IMG/VR virus record: IMGVR_UViG_3300033183_000354
Coordinates: 32,001-96,000 of that record
Reading direction: 5' to 3' (one strand)
Length of the DNA stretch: 64,000 nt
Origin: a virus
In this document: positions 28,111-37,578 of the stretch, piece after piece
Layout: each line of letters begins with the position of its first letter
Position numbering within the stretch: position 1 is the first letter of the stretch
Notes under the pieces: model-generated
What the model saw: the letters and a program-made list of their open reading frames with translations, nothing else
Database searches by the model: none
What the model was told of the DNA's origin: nothing
Translations under genes and position numbers: made by a program

Positions 28111-29345
28111 TGATTAATTCATTTCGTAATTATCTGGTCGAAGAAGAGAAAACCTTATACTTTGTATGGGGTCGTATGAATCCGCCGACTGCGGGTCATG
28201 AGAAGCTTCTTGACTTTTTGAAATCTAAAGCTGGTAATAATCCCTTTAGGATTTATTTGACTCAATCAGAAGATAATACTAAAAATCCTATTCCATTTGT
28301 ACAGAAAGTAAAGTTTGCTCGTAAAGGATTTCCTCATTATGCTCGTCAGATCATGATGGATAAAAAACTGAAGACGATCTTTGACGCAATGACATCTTTT
28401 TATAATGAAGGGTTTAAGCGTATTGTTATTGTTGCTGGCGCTGATCGTGTAACAGAATATGATATTACTCTGAACAAATATAATGGGAAAAAGGGTCGTC
28501 ACGGATTCTATAACTTTGAACGTATTACAGTAATGAATGCTGGTAAAAGAGATCCAGAATCAAAAGGCGTTGAAGGCGTATCTGGTACAAAACTAAGAGG
28601 TTATGCTGAATCTGGTGACTTTACTAAGTTTGCTCAATATATGCCAAAGAGACTTTCAAATGCAGATGCCAAAGCAGTATATAATGCTGTTCGTAAAGGT
28701 ATTGGCATGAGAGAACAAAGAGAATTTAAGAATCATGTACAATTAGAACCAGTGTCTGACCTTCGCGAAAGCTATGTACAAGGTAGCCTCTTTAATCCAG
28801 GCGATACAGTAGCTGTAAAAGAAACTGGTCAACTTGGAAAAGTTAAACATCTTGGTTCGAACTATGTTATTATTGAAAGTAATGGCACAGAATATCGTAA
28901 ATGGATCGATTCGATAGAAAAGCTTGATGAGAATATGGAAGTTGAAGTGGCTTCTTTCTCAGTTCAAAAAGAATCTTTGAATGAAGCGACATCTTCTCGT
29001 CAAGATCCAGATATTAAAGATAGAAAAGGTACTCAGCCAAAAGCATATCATGCTGGTTTAAAAAAATCTACTAAGGTTGCAAGAGACGCGCACTTTAAGA
29101 AGCATGGAAAAATGGCTGACGACAACCCTGCTGCATATAAGAAAGCACCTGGTGATGCGACTGCTAAGACTAGATTGTCTAGACATACATTGAAATTTAG
29201 ACAGATGTTTGGTGAACAAGATGCAGCTGATATGGCAAAGAAAAGAATCGAAAGAGAAAAAGAAATTGATAAAAGAAAGCATGATCGTATGATGGATCGT
29301 GCCCGTCTTAGAGATACTCTTAAAAAGAATAGGGAAACGAAATGA
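28110..29345 (+). CDS. Cytidylyltransferase-like (HxGH) protein with C-terminal extensions
   Basis: WGRMNPPTAGHEKL, VAGADR, VSGTKLR; N-term MINSFRNYLVE. Confidence 0.8.
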   Translation: MINSFRNYLVEEEKTLYFVWGRMNPPTAGHEKLLDFLKSKAGNNPFRIYLTQSEDNTKNPIPFVQKVKFARKGFPHYARQIMMDKKLKTIFDAMTSFYNEGFKRIVIVAGADRVTEYDITLNKYNGKKGRHGFYNFERITVMNAGKRDPESKGVEGVSGTKLRGYAESGDFTKFAQYMPKRLSNADAKAVYNAVRKGIGMREQREFKNHVQLEPVSDLRESYVQGSLFNPGDTVAVKETGQLGKVKHLGSNYVIIESNGTEYRKWIDSIEKLDENMEVEVASFSVQKESLNEATSSRQDPDIKDRKGTQPKAYHAGLKKSTKVARDAHFKKHGKMADDNPAAYKKAPGDATAKTRLSRHTLKFRQMFGEQDAADMAKKRIEREKEIDKRKHDRMMDRARLRDTLKKNRETK

Positions 29346-29578
29346 TTGGTTTTAAATCCTACATTGCTGAAGATGCGACAGCAGCATTAAAAAAGAAAGC
29401 AGAAAAGACTGGCTTTTCACTTGCGACTTTACGTAAAGTATATAATCGTGGTGTTGCTGCTTGGAAAACAGGTCATCGGCCTGGAACTACTCCTCAACAA
29501 TGGGGTTTAGCAAGAGTTAATTCATTTGTAACAAAGGGAAAGGGCACCTATGGCGGTGCAGATAAGGATCTAACATGA
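29342..29578 (+). CDS. Small putative internal head protein
   Basis: MIGFKSYIAE; VYNRGVAAW...ARVNSF. Confidence 0.75.
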   Translation: MIGFKSYIAEDATAALKKKAEKTGFSLATLRKVYNRGVAAWKTGHRPGTTPQQWGLARVNSFVTKGKGTYGGADKDLT

Positions 29579-29964
29579 AAAATTTTAAACAACTCCGCGA
29601 AAGTAAAATTGCACTTGAAGATATGGAAATTTTGGATAACATTTTATCAGAAATGCCTATTGACGATCTAGATGAATTATCTGAAGGTCCATTTAGTCGT
29701 ATCGGCAAATTCATGATGAAAAGAAAGTTAGCAAAACAAGTAAAAAAATCTAATAAAGATATAGCAAAACATACGGATGCTCAAAATAAAGATAAAAAAT
29801 ATGCGTTCAAACAAGTAGCAGGGCCAGGCGATTATCCGCATCATGTGGCGAACCATCCGAAGGTAAGGCAAGCACATGACAGATATCAACCTGCTATAGA
29901 CAAAGCTAAAAAAATGGCTGATCGTTCTCAAAAAGCATTAAACCGCTTAAATAAGAGTAAATAA
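29575..29964 (+). CDS. Putative internal head protein
   Basis: MKNFKQLRE. Confidence 0.65.
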   Translation: MKNFKQLRESKIALEDMEILDNILSEMPIDDLDELSEGPFSRIGKFMMKRKLAKQVKKSNKDIAKHTDAQNKDKKYAFKQVAGPGDYPHHVANHPKVRQAHDRYQPAIDKAKKMADRSQKALNRLNKSK

Positions 29965-29979
29965 TTAGAGGAAAATAAA

Positions 29980-31533
29980 ATGCCACTTAAAGTATCAGAT
30001 GGAATTGGTGCGTGGATCAAAGACTTCAAAAAGTCTGATGCTCCGCAGTTCAAAGGCAAATCAGAAAAAGAACGACGCGATCAAGCAATTGCAGCATATT
30101 TGTCTGCAAAACGAGGCGGGAAACCTCAAGAAGAGAACGTAAGTTCAGCTGATAGAAAGCCTCAGATGTATACTAAACCTGACGGCAAACGTGGCGTACG
30201 TATGGTAAAAGTTGATCGTGAAGTAATTAAAACCGATGAAACTACTAAGAAAGAAGATTCAGATGCAGTGAAAGCATTCCTTGCAAAAGGCGGTAAGATT
30301 ACTAAACTTCCTCCTGGAAAAGCTCAAGGCTATCACGGTAAAGATGATCCCGGTAAAGACCAAGTTGGCATGTTAGATCGAGGTGATACTAAACAATTTG
30401 GCACTCGTAAAAAAGTCAAGTCGATGGGTGAAGGAAAACAAACTCATGTATTTGACAATGAGAAAGATGCTCGTGCTAAGGCTAAAGAAATCGGCGGTAA
30501 GTATGTAAAAGGTACTGGTAAGAGTGCTGGTAAACATGCTGCTATTAAAGAAGCTGCACCTAAGCCATTGAATCGTTCTGATCATACTCACACTGTTCAC
30601 ATTGATGGTGAAGGTAAATATAGAGTCAAAGCTAAGTCGATGGATCATGCTAAGAAAGTTGCATTCAAACAAGCTGGTATCTCTAAGTTACATGGACACC
30701 CTACAATGGAACCAAAGACTCGTATCTATGGTGAAGCAAAGAGAGTCGTTCATTCTGATCGTCCTGATTCTCTTAAATCACTTCGTGTTATGCATCCTAA
30801 ACCTGCTAGTGATAAAATGCCATTTGATGGACCATATAGAAAAGCGGGAGAAGTAAGAAAAGACAAGTATGGTAATGTAATTAAAAATCTTCCTCGTCAT
30901 CTTGCTCGTAATGCTGCCCGTAGAGCTGCGGGCATGGATGAATCTGTAAACGAAGAAACAAACTTTCAAGTCAATATCGAAGGTCTTCCAATGATGTTCA
31001 TGTCAGGTATGGGTCAAGGCGAAATCATGCAAAAACTTCGTAAGATTGTCAAGCAACCTTCGATGATTCAGTCTGTCAAGCGTGTTACTGATGCCGATGT
31101 AAAGAAAACATTTCGACTCAAAGCACAAGGTCGTGATGAAGAAGAACAAGTTGATGAAGCACTTAAGCATACTCATGCTGTAATAGACGGCAATGGTAAA
31201 GTTGCTGGTATGTCATCAGATGAAAAAGGTGCAAAGGATATTGCTCGTAGACATAATGGTAGAGTCGTAAAGTTGAAAAAACCTATATCTTCAAGAAAGG
31301 GTGATATGATGATCAATCGTCCTTTCTCCGAAGCAAAACTTGATGAGCTTTCACCAGCAACAATGGCTCGTTATCACTCTGCTGCTGACAAGAGCAAGTC
31401 AAGAGCTTGGGCTAAGTTTGATCTCGGTAAGACGACTGCTGCAGACGCTCTCAAAAATCAAGAAAAGCGTACTGCTGGCCAAAAATTAGCAAGAAAGAAA
31501 ATCAATCAAAAAGCATTTAGGACAAGCAAATGA
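29980..31533 (+). CDS. Modular putative internal head polyprotein
   Basis: Basic modules separated by (I/V/L)xE sites. Confidence 0.65.
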   Translation: MPLKVSDGIGAWIKDFKKSDAPQFKGKSEKERRDQAIAAYLSAKRGGKPQEENVSSADRKPQMYTKPDGKRGVRMVKVDREVIKTDETTKKEDSDAVKAFLAKGGKITKLPPGKAQGYHGKDDPGKDQVGMLDRGDTKQFGTRKKVKSMGEGKQTHVFDNEKDARAKAKEIGGKYVKGTGKSAGKHAAIKEAAPKPLNRSDHTHTVHIDGEGKYRVKAKSMDHAKKVAFKQAGISKLHGHPTMEPKTRIYGEAKRVVHSDRPDSLKSLRVMHPKPASDKMPFDGPYRKAGEVRKDKYGNVIKNLPRHLARNAARRAAGMDESVNEETNFQVNIEGLPMMFMSGMGQGEIMQKLRKIVKQPSMIQSVKRVTDADVKKTFRLKAQGRDEEEQVDEALKHTHAVIDGNGKVAGMSSDEKGAKDIARRHNGRVVKLKKPISSRKGDMMINRPFSEAKLDELSPATMARYHSAADKSKSRAWAKFDLGKTTAADALKNQEKRTAGQKLARKKINQKAFRTSK

Positions 31534-32066
31534 GTTTAAGATCAGCTATCGAAGAAGTTCGTAAAAAGCAATATGATTGGGGAACACCAGAGTCGACTGC
31601 TCATGCTAAACGTATGACTCCAGGCGAAACCAATGAAGGTACATGGGCCACCCCTCGAACTCCTAAAGAAAAGGCCGCGCTCAAAAAACTTATGAGCAAT
31701 CCTATTAAATTGGGCAAAGAAGGCGATGAAGCAGCAGGTAAGATTTATTCACTGATTGGTGATGATGAATTATATGATGATCTTTATGCTGCTGGTAAAA
31801 AGAATCCAAATGGTGATGCTCGTCCAATAATTAAAAAACATATGAAGAGACTTCGTATCGCTGAAGCTAAAGATGAAGATCCTGGCGAATATGATCAAGA
31901 AGGTGATATGGCAAAGTCTCAATTGAGAAGCATTATTGCTAATGCTAAAGAACTTCATGATATGCTTGATGATAATGAGAATATGCCTGAATGGGTACAA
32001 AATAAAATTACTTTAGCTCAAGACTATATTAGTACCGTAAAAGACTATTGTAAAAGCGAGGACTAA
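31530..32066 (+). CDS. Putative internal head protein
   Basis: EYDQEGDMAKSQL...PEWVQNKIT..DY. Confidence 0.7.
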   Translation: MSLRSAIEEVRKKQYDWGTPESTAHAKRMTPGETNEGTWATPRTPKEKAALKKLMSNPIKLGKEGDEAAGKIYSLIGDDELYDDLYAAGKKNPNGDARPIIKKHMKRLRIAEAKDEDPGEYDQEGDMAKSQLRSIIANAKELHDMLDDNENMPEWVQNKITLAQDYISTVKDYCKSED

Positions 32067-32067
32067 A

Positions 32068-32376
32068 ATGAAAAGCTTTAAGACATTTGCTGAAGAAAAA
32101 GATTCTCGCTTGAAGTCGGCTGGTGTTTCTGGTTATAATAAACCAAAGCGTACGCCTGGCCATCCTGAGAAAAGTCATATCGTTGTCGCTAAAGATGGTA
32201 ATAAAGTAAAGACTATTCGATTTGGGCAACAAGGCGCTGAAACTGCTGGAGATCCAAAAAAGGGAGAGTCAGCGCGTATGAAGGCAAAACGAAAGTCATT
32301 TAAAGCTCGTCACGGTCGTAACATCGCAAAAGGTAAAATGTCAGCAGCCTACTGGGCGGATAAGGTAAAATGGTAA
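32068..32376 (+). CDS. Putative internal head protein
   Basis: MKSFKTFAEE; RFGQ...KSFKARH...SAAYWA. Confidence 0.75.
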   Translation: MKSFKTFAEEKDSRLKSAGVSGYNKPKRTPGHPEKSHIVVAKDGNKVKTIRFGQQGAETAGDPKKGESARMKAKRKSFKARHGRNIAKGKMSAAYWADKVKW

Positions 32377-32654
32377 TGATTGAATCAACTAATACTCGCC
32401 TCGATAGAATTGAAGAGAAGCTAGATAGACTGGCCGAAGCAATGATTGCGCTTGCTCGTGCTGAAGAAAAAATCGCGTCTCTGCATGAAAATCAAAACAA
32501 TCATTTCGAAAGATTAAATCGATTCTCGGCGAAATTAGATGAGATTGAAAAGAAAGTAAACGATAATAATCGTACTGTACAACTTATACATAAATTATTC
32601 TGGGTGGTTGTGGTATCGGCCGCCGGAGCTATAGCAACTAACTTATGGATGTAG
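32370..32654 (+). CDS. Coiled-coil protein with C-terminal TM
   Basis: RLDRIEEKLD; hydrophobic tail. Confidence 0.7.
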   Translation: MVMIESTNTRLDRIEEKLDRLAEAMIALARAEEKIASLHENQNNHFERLNRFSAKLDEIEKKVNDNNRTVQLIHKLFWVVVVSAAGAIATNLWM

Positions 32655-32662
32655 AGGAACAA

Positions 32663-33787
32663 ATGGATCCAGTAAACAAAAAAGAACTGAAAGGCACCCA
32701 CGCCCAGAGAAAAGATAAAGACATTAATAACGATGGGAAAGTGGACAGAACAGATAAATATTTGCATGCTCGTCGTAAGGCTATTACTAAAAACATTAGT
32801 AAAAAGAAAGACGAAACAGCAAGCATGAACCCAAAGCTTTCAATAAACAGAGAAAAAGGTAGTGAGATGGAACAGAAAGAGTCAACGATTCGCGAAAAGC
32901 TGATGGCTGTTCTCGAAGGTGATCGCAGTAAACATTATAAAGGTGCTACTGCTCCTGAAGATATGGATAATAATCTAAAAGGTGCTGGCGCTAAAAAGAT
33001 GAAAGCAGATATTCAAGGTAATGCTGCTAATCCTGATCTCGAGAAGCAATCACATGACGATGCTGCAAAGGCTGGTCGCGTAACAAAGGATGCGAAGAAG
33101 CGTTCAAATGATAATCCAAAGGGCGATAAGAAGATCATTAATCCACCAGAAGATATCACTAAAAAGGGTCAAGGCGCATCTGAAGTAAAAGAATCCCGTG
33201 ATAAATTGGCTGGTATTAAAGCAGCTTATGCATCGATGTATGAAACAGTGTCTTCTGGTAACGCTCAGCATAACCTTGAAGATGATGAGAGAAAAGCCCA
33301 TGCTGATTATATGAAAAAGAAACACGGAGTTACTACAAAGTTTCATGGCTCTGATGAATTAAGTTATCATGGTCCTAAAGCAAATGTAAAGAAAGCTCTA
33401 GGAACCCATTATGGTGGGGACCACGATCACGCTAAAGAAGAACACCCTCATATTTTCAAAGAAGGTGTTATTGGTGATTTCCTTGCTAAAAGGGAGATAA
33501 AAACTTCTCTTAAAAAACAGCACGATTTTCATACTGATCGGATAAAGCATCATAATAATGAATCAGATAAGAAAGAGAAGGCTAAGAGTAAAGCTTTCCA
33601 GAGTTATCATAAAGATAAAGCTGATGCTCACAGAATAGCTAGAGATCATATAGCAAATGCATTAGCTGCTCATAACAAAGGAGACCATAAAGCTCGTAAT
33701 GCTCACATTGCAAATTGGAAAAGTCATACCAAAAAAAGTGAGATCGCGCGTGATCCATCTCAGGCGAGTTATGGGGCACGAGGGTAA
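32663..33787 (+). CDS. Modular putative internal head protein
   Basis: EF-hand-like DINNDGKVD; His/Lys-rich modules. Confidence 0.65.
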   Translation: MDPVNKKELKGTHAQRKDKDINNDGKVDRTDKYLHARRKAITKNISKKKDETASMNPKLSINREKGSEMEQKESTIREKLMAVLEGDRSKHYKGATAPEDMDNNLKGAGAKKMKADIQGNAANPDLEKQSHDDAAKAGRVTKDAKKRSNDNPKGDKKIINPPEDITKKGQGASEVKESRDKLAGIKAAYASMYETVSSGNAQHNLEDDERKAHADYMKKKHGVTTKFHGSDELSYHGPKANVKKALGTHYGGDHDHAKEEHPHIFKEGVIGDFLAKREIKTSLKKQHDFHTDRIKHHNNESDKKEKAKSKAFQSYHKDKADAHRIARDHIANALAAHNKGDHKARNAHIANWKSHTKKSEIARDPSQASYGARG

Positions 33788-33946
33788 GACACATGGCAAG
33801 CAGAATCAAACCAGTTAAAAACGGTGTACTTACCTCTCGCGGGTGGGTACACGAGCGTACGGGCGAATGACGGCTTGGAAAAATCATAGCGCAAAGGCTC
33901 GTATCCTTATTTCAAAGGGATAGAGACAAGTATAATAAATACCTAT

Positions 33947-34312
33947 ATGATGAACATTGAACTGACCGAAGATAATCTCTTCTTGTACGCCGCAAAGCAT
34001 TATTATAATCCTCAATTTTCTGATATCGAGGAGTTTTATGATGATTTGAAAAGGTTTAAATATATCAAGAGACTTGTAAATCGTTACTTAGAAAACGGTG
34101 AACTCGCTGAAAGACTTATATTAAATCACCTTATAGTAGTTTTTAATTCGTTTGGAGTTGAAGCAACTTTAAATATATTGGAACTAAAACTTGATGATAA
34201 ACATTGGTCAATCGTAAAACCATTTTTGATCTTCCTTAAATATATTCGAAATGATCAATATACTGGAATCTCGATGGACCAACAAGTTGTAGAAACTTTG
34301 AGGAAGATATAG
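33947..34312 (+). CDS. Conserved T4-like phage hypothetical protein
   Basis: YAAKHYYNP...DLKRFKYIKRL...RLILNHLI. Confidence 0.8.
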   Translation: MMNIELTEDNLFLYAAKHYYNPQFSDIEEFYDDLKRFKYIKRLVNRYLENGELAERLILNHLIVVFNSFGVEATLNILELKLDDKHWSIVKPFLIFLKYIRNDQYTGISMDQQVVETLRKI

Positions 34313-34783
34313 ATGTCAAAGGGTAGAACTTTCGCGCAGACTTTAGGAAGAGCAATTAGTAGTGGTTCGATAACCAGTACTGGTTCAATTAGTGGTGCGG
34401 GTGGTGATGCTCAATATAGCGTCTCATCTGCAACTGCTGTAACTGTCAATACTAGTACGCCTACTGCAATATGTAGTACAAGTATTACAGTCACTGATAG
34501 ACCAATCTTACTCGTTGCGACTGGTGACGCAAATCCTAATCAAAGTGGCGGATGGCAATATTACCAAATTTATAGAGATTCTACTGCCATTGGTAAAAAG
34601 ATTATTAATGAAAATGGCGGCGGTACTTCTAAAAACTGTCCATGGGCGTTAACACATATAGATGCACCATCTGCAGGCACATATACGTATACTGTAAAAG
34701 CTTATCAAGGTTCTGGATCTATGACATATGGTGAAACAGGAGATGTGCAAGCGCCTACTATTACTGCAGTGGAAATTATATAA
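34313..34783 (+). CDS. Small beta-rich virion/tail-fibre-like protein (paralog A)
   Basis: DAPSAGTYTYTV...ITAVEI. Confidence 0.6.
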   Translation: MSKGRTFAQTLGRAISSGSITSTGSISGAGGDAQYSVSSATAVTVNTSTPTAICSTSITVTDRPILLVATGDANPNQSGGWQYYQIYRDSTAIGKKIINENGGGTSKNCPWALTHIDAPSAGTYTYTVKAYQGSGSMTYGETGDVQAPTITAVEII

Positions 34784-35250
34784 TGTCAAGATCAAGGACA
34801 TTAGCTAAAAACTTTAGTAAAGCAATTGCGGCTGGCAATATTTCTTCTACAGGAACTATAGCAGCCGCCAGTAATGCTCAATATGGTGTATCATCTGCTA
34901 CAGCTATAACTGTTAATACTACTACTCCTACCACAATATGCAGTACAAGTATTACGGTTAGTAGTCGTCCCATATTAATAATAGCAACTGGCGATCAAAA
35001 TCCTAATCAAAATGGCGGATTCCACGCTTTAAGGTTATATCGTGATAGTACAGCAATTGGTAAATTAATATATAATGAAAATGAAGGATTCACTTCTAAA
35101 AATTGCCCATTTGCAATTTCAACTATTGATGAACCTACAGCTGGAACATATACATATTCTTTGAAAGCCTATCAAGGTTCTGGATCCATGACATACGGTG
35201 AAACAGGAGATGCGCAAGCACCTACGATCGTAGCAGTAGAAATTCTATGA
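34783..35250 (+). CDS. Small beta-rich virion/tail-fibre-like protein (paralog B)
   Basis: Closely similar to upstream gene. Confidence 0.6.
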   Translation: MSRSRTLAKNFSKAIAAGNISSTGTIAAASNAQYGVSSATAITVNTTTPTTICSTSITVSSRPILIIATGDQNPNQNGGFHALRLYRDSTAIGKLIYNENEGFTSKNCPFAISTIDEPTAGTYTYSLKAYQGSGSMTYGETGDAQAPTIVAVEIL

Positions 35251-35257
35251 GGTTAAA

Positions 35258-35434
35258 ATGAGTTCAGTCGTTTCAAGAGCAATTACAAGACTACAGCCAA
35301 ATGCTGAATTTGTAATTCATGGTACAATTGATAGTGGATATACTATTGATTGGCATTCAGTAGATATTGATCAACCAAATGATTCTGATTTAAATGCCAG
35401 TATTATAGTAATTCAAACTGAGGATGAAGAATAA
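35258..35434 (+). CDS. Small XkdW-like fibre-associated protein (58 aa, not in track)
   Basis: AITRLQPNAEFVI...IDWH...QP; GAGG RBS. Confidence 0.55.
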   Translation: MSSVVSRAITRLQPNAEFVIHGTIDSGYTIDWHSVDIDQPNDSDLNASIIVIQTEDEE

Positions 35435-35438
35435 TATA

Positions 35439-36026
35439 ATGGGATTATTAAAAAGAGCAGCAGATCTAACATACGCGTTTCGGTTCGTTCGCATGCTCGT
35501 TCTTGATTGGAAAGAATGGGATGCCTATAAACTAGGTATTATTGACGAAAACGGAAAACGAAAAAAAGAAGAGAAGCTAGATACAGATGAAAAAAAGTCT
35601 GCTTATACTCCTTTTATTAGGCTCTGCGCCAATATTAAAAGGCTGCTCAGCAAACTCCCGGGAGGAGGTAGCAAACTCGGGTCATTTGCCTCAGCTTTGT
35701 ATCTCATTAAGGAAAAATATTCCCTATCTGATAATAAGCTTAGAAAAATCCTGTCTGAAGCAGGATGTGACACATTAGATTTTTTGATCGAAGAAAATAA
35801 ATGGTTCGTACTAGAAGATAAACAACTTTCTCCGGGAATCTATCGTGTTTATAATCCTAAGCTACTTAATAGTTCATGTGAAGAGATGGTCTTCGCAAAG
35901 GATCAAGTTAGGGTTGAAGATAATGCTTATCCTATTGGTGATATCTTTGGGATTGATGTGTATAAAGCGACTCATGTGAATACGAATCAAAAGGTTTTCA
36001 TTACAGCTAGCGAGATTTACAAATGA
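35439..36026 (+). CDS. Conserved phage hypothetical protein
   Basis: DAYKLGIIDENG. Confidence 0.75.
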   Translation: MGLLKRAADLTYAFRFVRMLVLDWKEWDAYKLGIIDENGKRKKEEKLDTDEKKSAYTPFIRLCANIKRLLSKLPGGGSKLGSFASALYLIKEKYSLSDNKLRKILSEAGCDTLDFLIEENKWFVLEDKQLSPGIYRVYNPKLLNSSCEEMVFAKDQVRVEDNAYPIGDIFGIDVYKATHVNTNQKVFITASEIYK

Positions 36027-36832
36027 GATCAGAATGTATAGAAGAAGGGGTGAATGATCCCGCAATCTTTAAAGCTGTATTCCTCGCTGGTGGTCCTGGA
36101 TCTGGTAAATCATTTATCGTAGGTAAAACAGCACTTACTGCTCTTGGTATGAAAGTAATTAACTCGGATGATGCTTTTGAGCGTGGACTCAAGAATGCTG
36201 GTTTAGAGATGACTCCAGATAATATCTACTCACCAAAAGGTCAAGATATTCGTTCTCGCGCAAAAGCTCTTACAAAGAGTAAACAGCAAGGCTATATTGC
36301 TGGTCGTCTTGGAATGGTTATTGATGGAACAGGTAAAGATTATAATGAGATTATAAAACAAGCAACTGCTTTAAGAAAACTTGGTTATGATATAGCAATG
36401 ATTTTTGTTAATACCGACAAAGAAACCGCACTTAATCGTAATCGGATGAGAGCGCGTTCTCTTCCTGATACTGAAGTATCAAAGATGTGGAAAGATGTTC
36501 AAAAGAATTTGGGTAGGTTTCAGATCTTCTTTAAAAACTTTTTTATTATAGATAACTCTGAAGGTTCTGACTATAATAATCAAGTACTAGATGTTTATAG
36601 AAAAATGGCAGCTTGGACTAAAGTAACTCCTAAAAATAGAGCAGTTACTTCTTGGATGAAAGCACAAAAAATAAACGAGGAAATGACTACTACAGCGGCT
36701 ATTCCAAATCCTGCATTAACTGCTATGGGACCAAGAATTAAAACGATAAATGTAACTGATCGTCGTCGTAAGAAGGATAAAATCCCGGTTCTTTTAAAAC
36801 GATTTAGAAAATATATGGACGACAATGCTTAG
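36023..36832 (+). CDS. Zeta-toxin-like / AAA_33 P-loop kinase
   Basis: AGGPGSGKS, INSDD, VIDGTG, RN..R.R. Confidence 0.8.
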   Translation: MRSECIEEGVNDPAIFKAVFLAGGPGSGKSFIVGKTALTALGMKVINSDDAFERGLKNAGLEMTPDNIYSPKGQDIRSRAKALTKSKQQGYIAGRLGMVIDGTGKDYNEIIKQATALRKLGYDIAMIFVNTDKETALNRNRMRARSLPDTEVSKMWKDVQKNLGRFQIFFKNFFIIDNSEGSDYNNQVLDVYRKMAAWTKVTPKNRAVTSWMKAQKINEEMTTTAAIPNPALTAMGPRIKTINVTDRRRKKDKIPVLLKRFRKYMDDNA

Positions 36833-37328
36833 AATTTATGTCCTCATCGTTGTTCTTGGTATCCTCGGCGGTGTAGGATATGGCGCTAAGTATTACTATG
36901 ATACTACACAGCAGACAATTGCTACACTCCGTGAAAATAATATAAAACTTGAAAGTGCAGTCGAAACTGCAGAAACAAGTCTTGCATTAGTACAAGATAG
37001 TATGCAAAAAATGTCTGAATTGAATACACAATTACAAGCAGATTTACAAAAGGCAGAAGCTTATGGTGATGAGCTTCGCGGTAAATTAAGTCGACTAAAT
37101 TTAGTTCAAGAGGCATTGAAAGATGCCGCACGATTAGAAGGAAAGATGAATGGCGCAACGGCAAAACTTTGGCGTGGCTTCATGGCTGATACTGGTAACC
37201 CTAATGAGTACGATCTTCCTGAGTGGTTGCAGCCGTTACCAACCAGAACCGGAGATCAAAGTGGTGACCAAAGTGGAACGAGTCCAGATACCGACGGTGT
37301 CGAGACCGAAACCGCTCCAGCTGAATGA
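36825..37328 (+). CDS. Inner-membrane spanin (Rz-like)
   Basis: N-terminal TM plus coiled coil; overlapped by lipoprotein gene. Confidence 0.7.
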   Translation: MLRIYVLIVVLGILGGVGYGAKYYYDTTQQTIATLRENNIKLESAVETAETSLALVQDSMQKMSELNTQLQADLQKAEAYGDELRGKLSRLNLVQEALKDAARLEGKMNGATAKLWRGFMADTGNPNEYDLPEWLQPLPTRTGDQSGDQSGTSPDTDGVETETAPAE

Positions 37329-37578
37329 TACCCGTGTATTTGTAGTCAACGAAGAAAACTTTGATGCATTCGTAGAAGAATTCAAGTCTATCTATGGTGA
37401 AGTAGCTTTTGTTGCTTTGTCAATGCAAGACTACGAGAACCTTGCGTTAAACGTCGCAGATCTAAGAAGATATATTAATCAACAAACTGAGATTATAGTT
37501 TACTATGAAAAGGCAGTGACTGAAGAGCCAAAAGAGGAGAAAGCTCAAGATGGAACTGAACTTGGAGAAAGCCAATAA
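37150..37578 (+). CDS. Outer-membrane spanin lipoprotein (Rz1-like); exact start uncertain
   Basis: LSGC lipobox, Pro-rich segment, overlaps Rz-like gene. Confidence 0.7.
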   Translation: MAQRQNFGVASWLILVTLMSTIFLSGCSRYQPEPEIKVVTKVERVQIPTVSRPKPLQLNDTRVFVVNEENFDAFVEEFKSIYGEVAFVALSMQDYENLALNVADLRRYINQQTEIIVYYEKAVTEEPKEEKAQDGTELGESQ

